Assembly: GCF_000143415.4 (NCBI RefSeq)
Contig: NW_003314304.1
Location: 68,169-132,168 of the forward strand
Direction of reading: 5' to 3'
DNA length: 64,000 nucleotides
DNA from: Selaginella moellendorffii
Taxonomy: Eukaryota > Plantae > Lycopodiophyta
The translations under genes were made by a program, and so were the position numbers. Shown piece by piece: positions 62,411 to 64,000 of this stretch; within the stretch, counting starts at the first letter, position 1; each line of letters begins with the position of its first letter. A model generated the notes under the pieces. That model saw nothing but the letters and a program-made list of their open reading frames with translations, searched no databases and was not told where the DNA came from.

Positions 62411-64000
62411 ATGCATTCGTAAGTCCTGTTATTTTTTCTTTTATTTTTTGTAAGAGAAATTCTTTCACAGAAGATCGACGATTCGAAGCTTGTCAAAGCT
62501 ATTGTCTACGAGGCTACCAAGGGCTTTTGCAATTCCGCTGGCAGTACAAGAAAGTAAATTGTTCTTTCTTTGTTTTTCTGGTCTCTTACTTACTTTCAGG
62601 TTTAGCGACTTTCTACGATCGCAGCTTTCAATACATGCTGAGAGAGGAGAAAGAGACTTGAAAAGTTTTGAAGTCATTCAAAATTTGGCCCAAGATGCTC
62701 AGTCTTACGGTCAAATGGACTGTGAGCAGAGAATTCAACTCCTTGACAGGGTATTTCACTTGAAACCTATGATGTTTTGAGTGAATGTGAATGTACAGGT
62801 CGCGCAGATCCAGGGGTTTTCTTGCGCCAGAGATATTGTTGATCACGAGATTGCAGTGGTCGAAGCTTCTCAAGATCTTTCTCATGAGAACTGCGTGAAA
62901 AGGGATGAAGGTATTTCATCTTCCCAAGCTTTAACTCAGAACCCTTCGATTGTGTATGGAAGCAGTGAGCCAGTTGATCTTTTTAGCTCAAAAAAGATTG
63001 TGGTTCGCCCAGCGAAGCAAAAGCCGGATGTTAACAAAGCTATACAAAGTTCAAGCAAATCACTACTGGAGTTACCTCCAAGCAAAGAACAAAGCCAGCC
63101 ATCGCCATCCCAACGTACTAAGAGCGTGTCCAGTTTGCTATATCAGGCCTCAGAGACCAGAAGCATTGATACAGAGAACGAGAGATGGAAACTGGACACG
63201 CTAATAAGCGACATGAAATGCTTCACGCCATATCAACGATCGCAGCTACAAGAAAACGGCTTTTACACGGTAAACGTCGCATTCTCCTCGAAAGTGTCTG
63301 ACAAGTTTTTGTTTTAGGCTCGTAGTCTACTCAACCATTTTCCTCGTGCTCATGTGAGCTTTGAAAGCCCCACCGACACTTTGGAGGATGGACAATCTGT
63401 GGCATTGTTTGGGACAATTGTTATGACCAGGTAAAACTATTGTGACACGTCTTCAAAAACTTACTACGGGACACGTTTCTGCAGGGCCTCGAAAATCAAA
63501 GACACTCTGGCTATGCTTGAAGTCATTGTGAACTGTAAGATTGCCCAGGAATGCCTAAGGCCTTGTGATGACGAAGTTGATGAAAATACCGTATTCCTGC
63601 ACATCAAGAGGTTCTTTCAAGGCCCACGTTTTACATCGAGCTGGTTTTTGAACAAAACGGCCTCGGGTTACCCTGAAGGTTCCAAAGCAGCAGTTAGTGG
63701 CAAGGTATTGCATCGCACACTTTGATATTGCTTAACAGTTTCTTCTCACCTTACAGGTGAAAGCGATGAATAGAAAATCTCACTTTTTGCTAAAAGAGTA
63801 TGCGGTTAAAGTTATTGACGGCGAGGATTTTGACCAGCTTCGAAACGACGGAGAAGCATATCCTGTGTACTCATCGAAGGGTCTTTTAAATCCGAAGAAG
63901 ATACAAGTGTTTATACAGAGGTAATTAACGCAAACCAGTGCAGCTGATTTTTGAAAGCTGCATAGGTTGCTGAAAGGATTACCGACGGATATAGATCCTC
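62411..64000 (+). CDS. RECG: Organellar RecG-like DNA helicase, 5' part (runs off the window)
   Basis: Transit-peptide-like MHSRSTIRSLSKLLSTR; LQENGFYT/ARSLLNHFPR, FLHIKRFFQGPRFT, VSGK/VK, YPVYSSKGLLNPK (plant RecG wedge region). The start codon is tentative. Confidence 0.85.

Overview
Eukaryotic plant genomic DNA. Compact genes with roughly 50-70 nt introns suggest a lycophyte such as Selaginella (inferred, not verified). Positions 1-39,460 are a stack of nested LTR retroelements from five families. They include old Ty3/gypsy elements with a tRNA-Ala PBS lying head-to-head (family D) and a complete 612-bp Cassandra-type TRIM with 5S-rRNA-derived LTRs. There are two young non-coding LTR families: A, whose ~1.75-kb LTR carries a variable 12/11-bp plus 6-bp minisatellite, and B. 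A truncated chromovirus (C) carries PR-RT-RH-IN-chromodomain. Five insertions have intact 5-bp TSDs. Positions 39,460-41,700 form an extremely AT-rich island with a foldback and an orphan secreted-protein ORF. Positions 41,760-64,000 are gene-dense: XTH, reciprocal XTH/MFS pseudogene fragments, two nodulin-like MFS transporters flanking RFT1, YAK1 kinase, a TOC64/OM64-type amidase-TPR protein that keeps the catalytic triad, a universal stress protein, a small hypothetical gene and the 5' part of organellar RECG. Family names A-D are labels used here only. All alignments were made by eye and no database searches were run.
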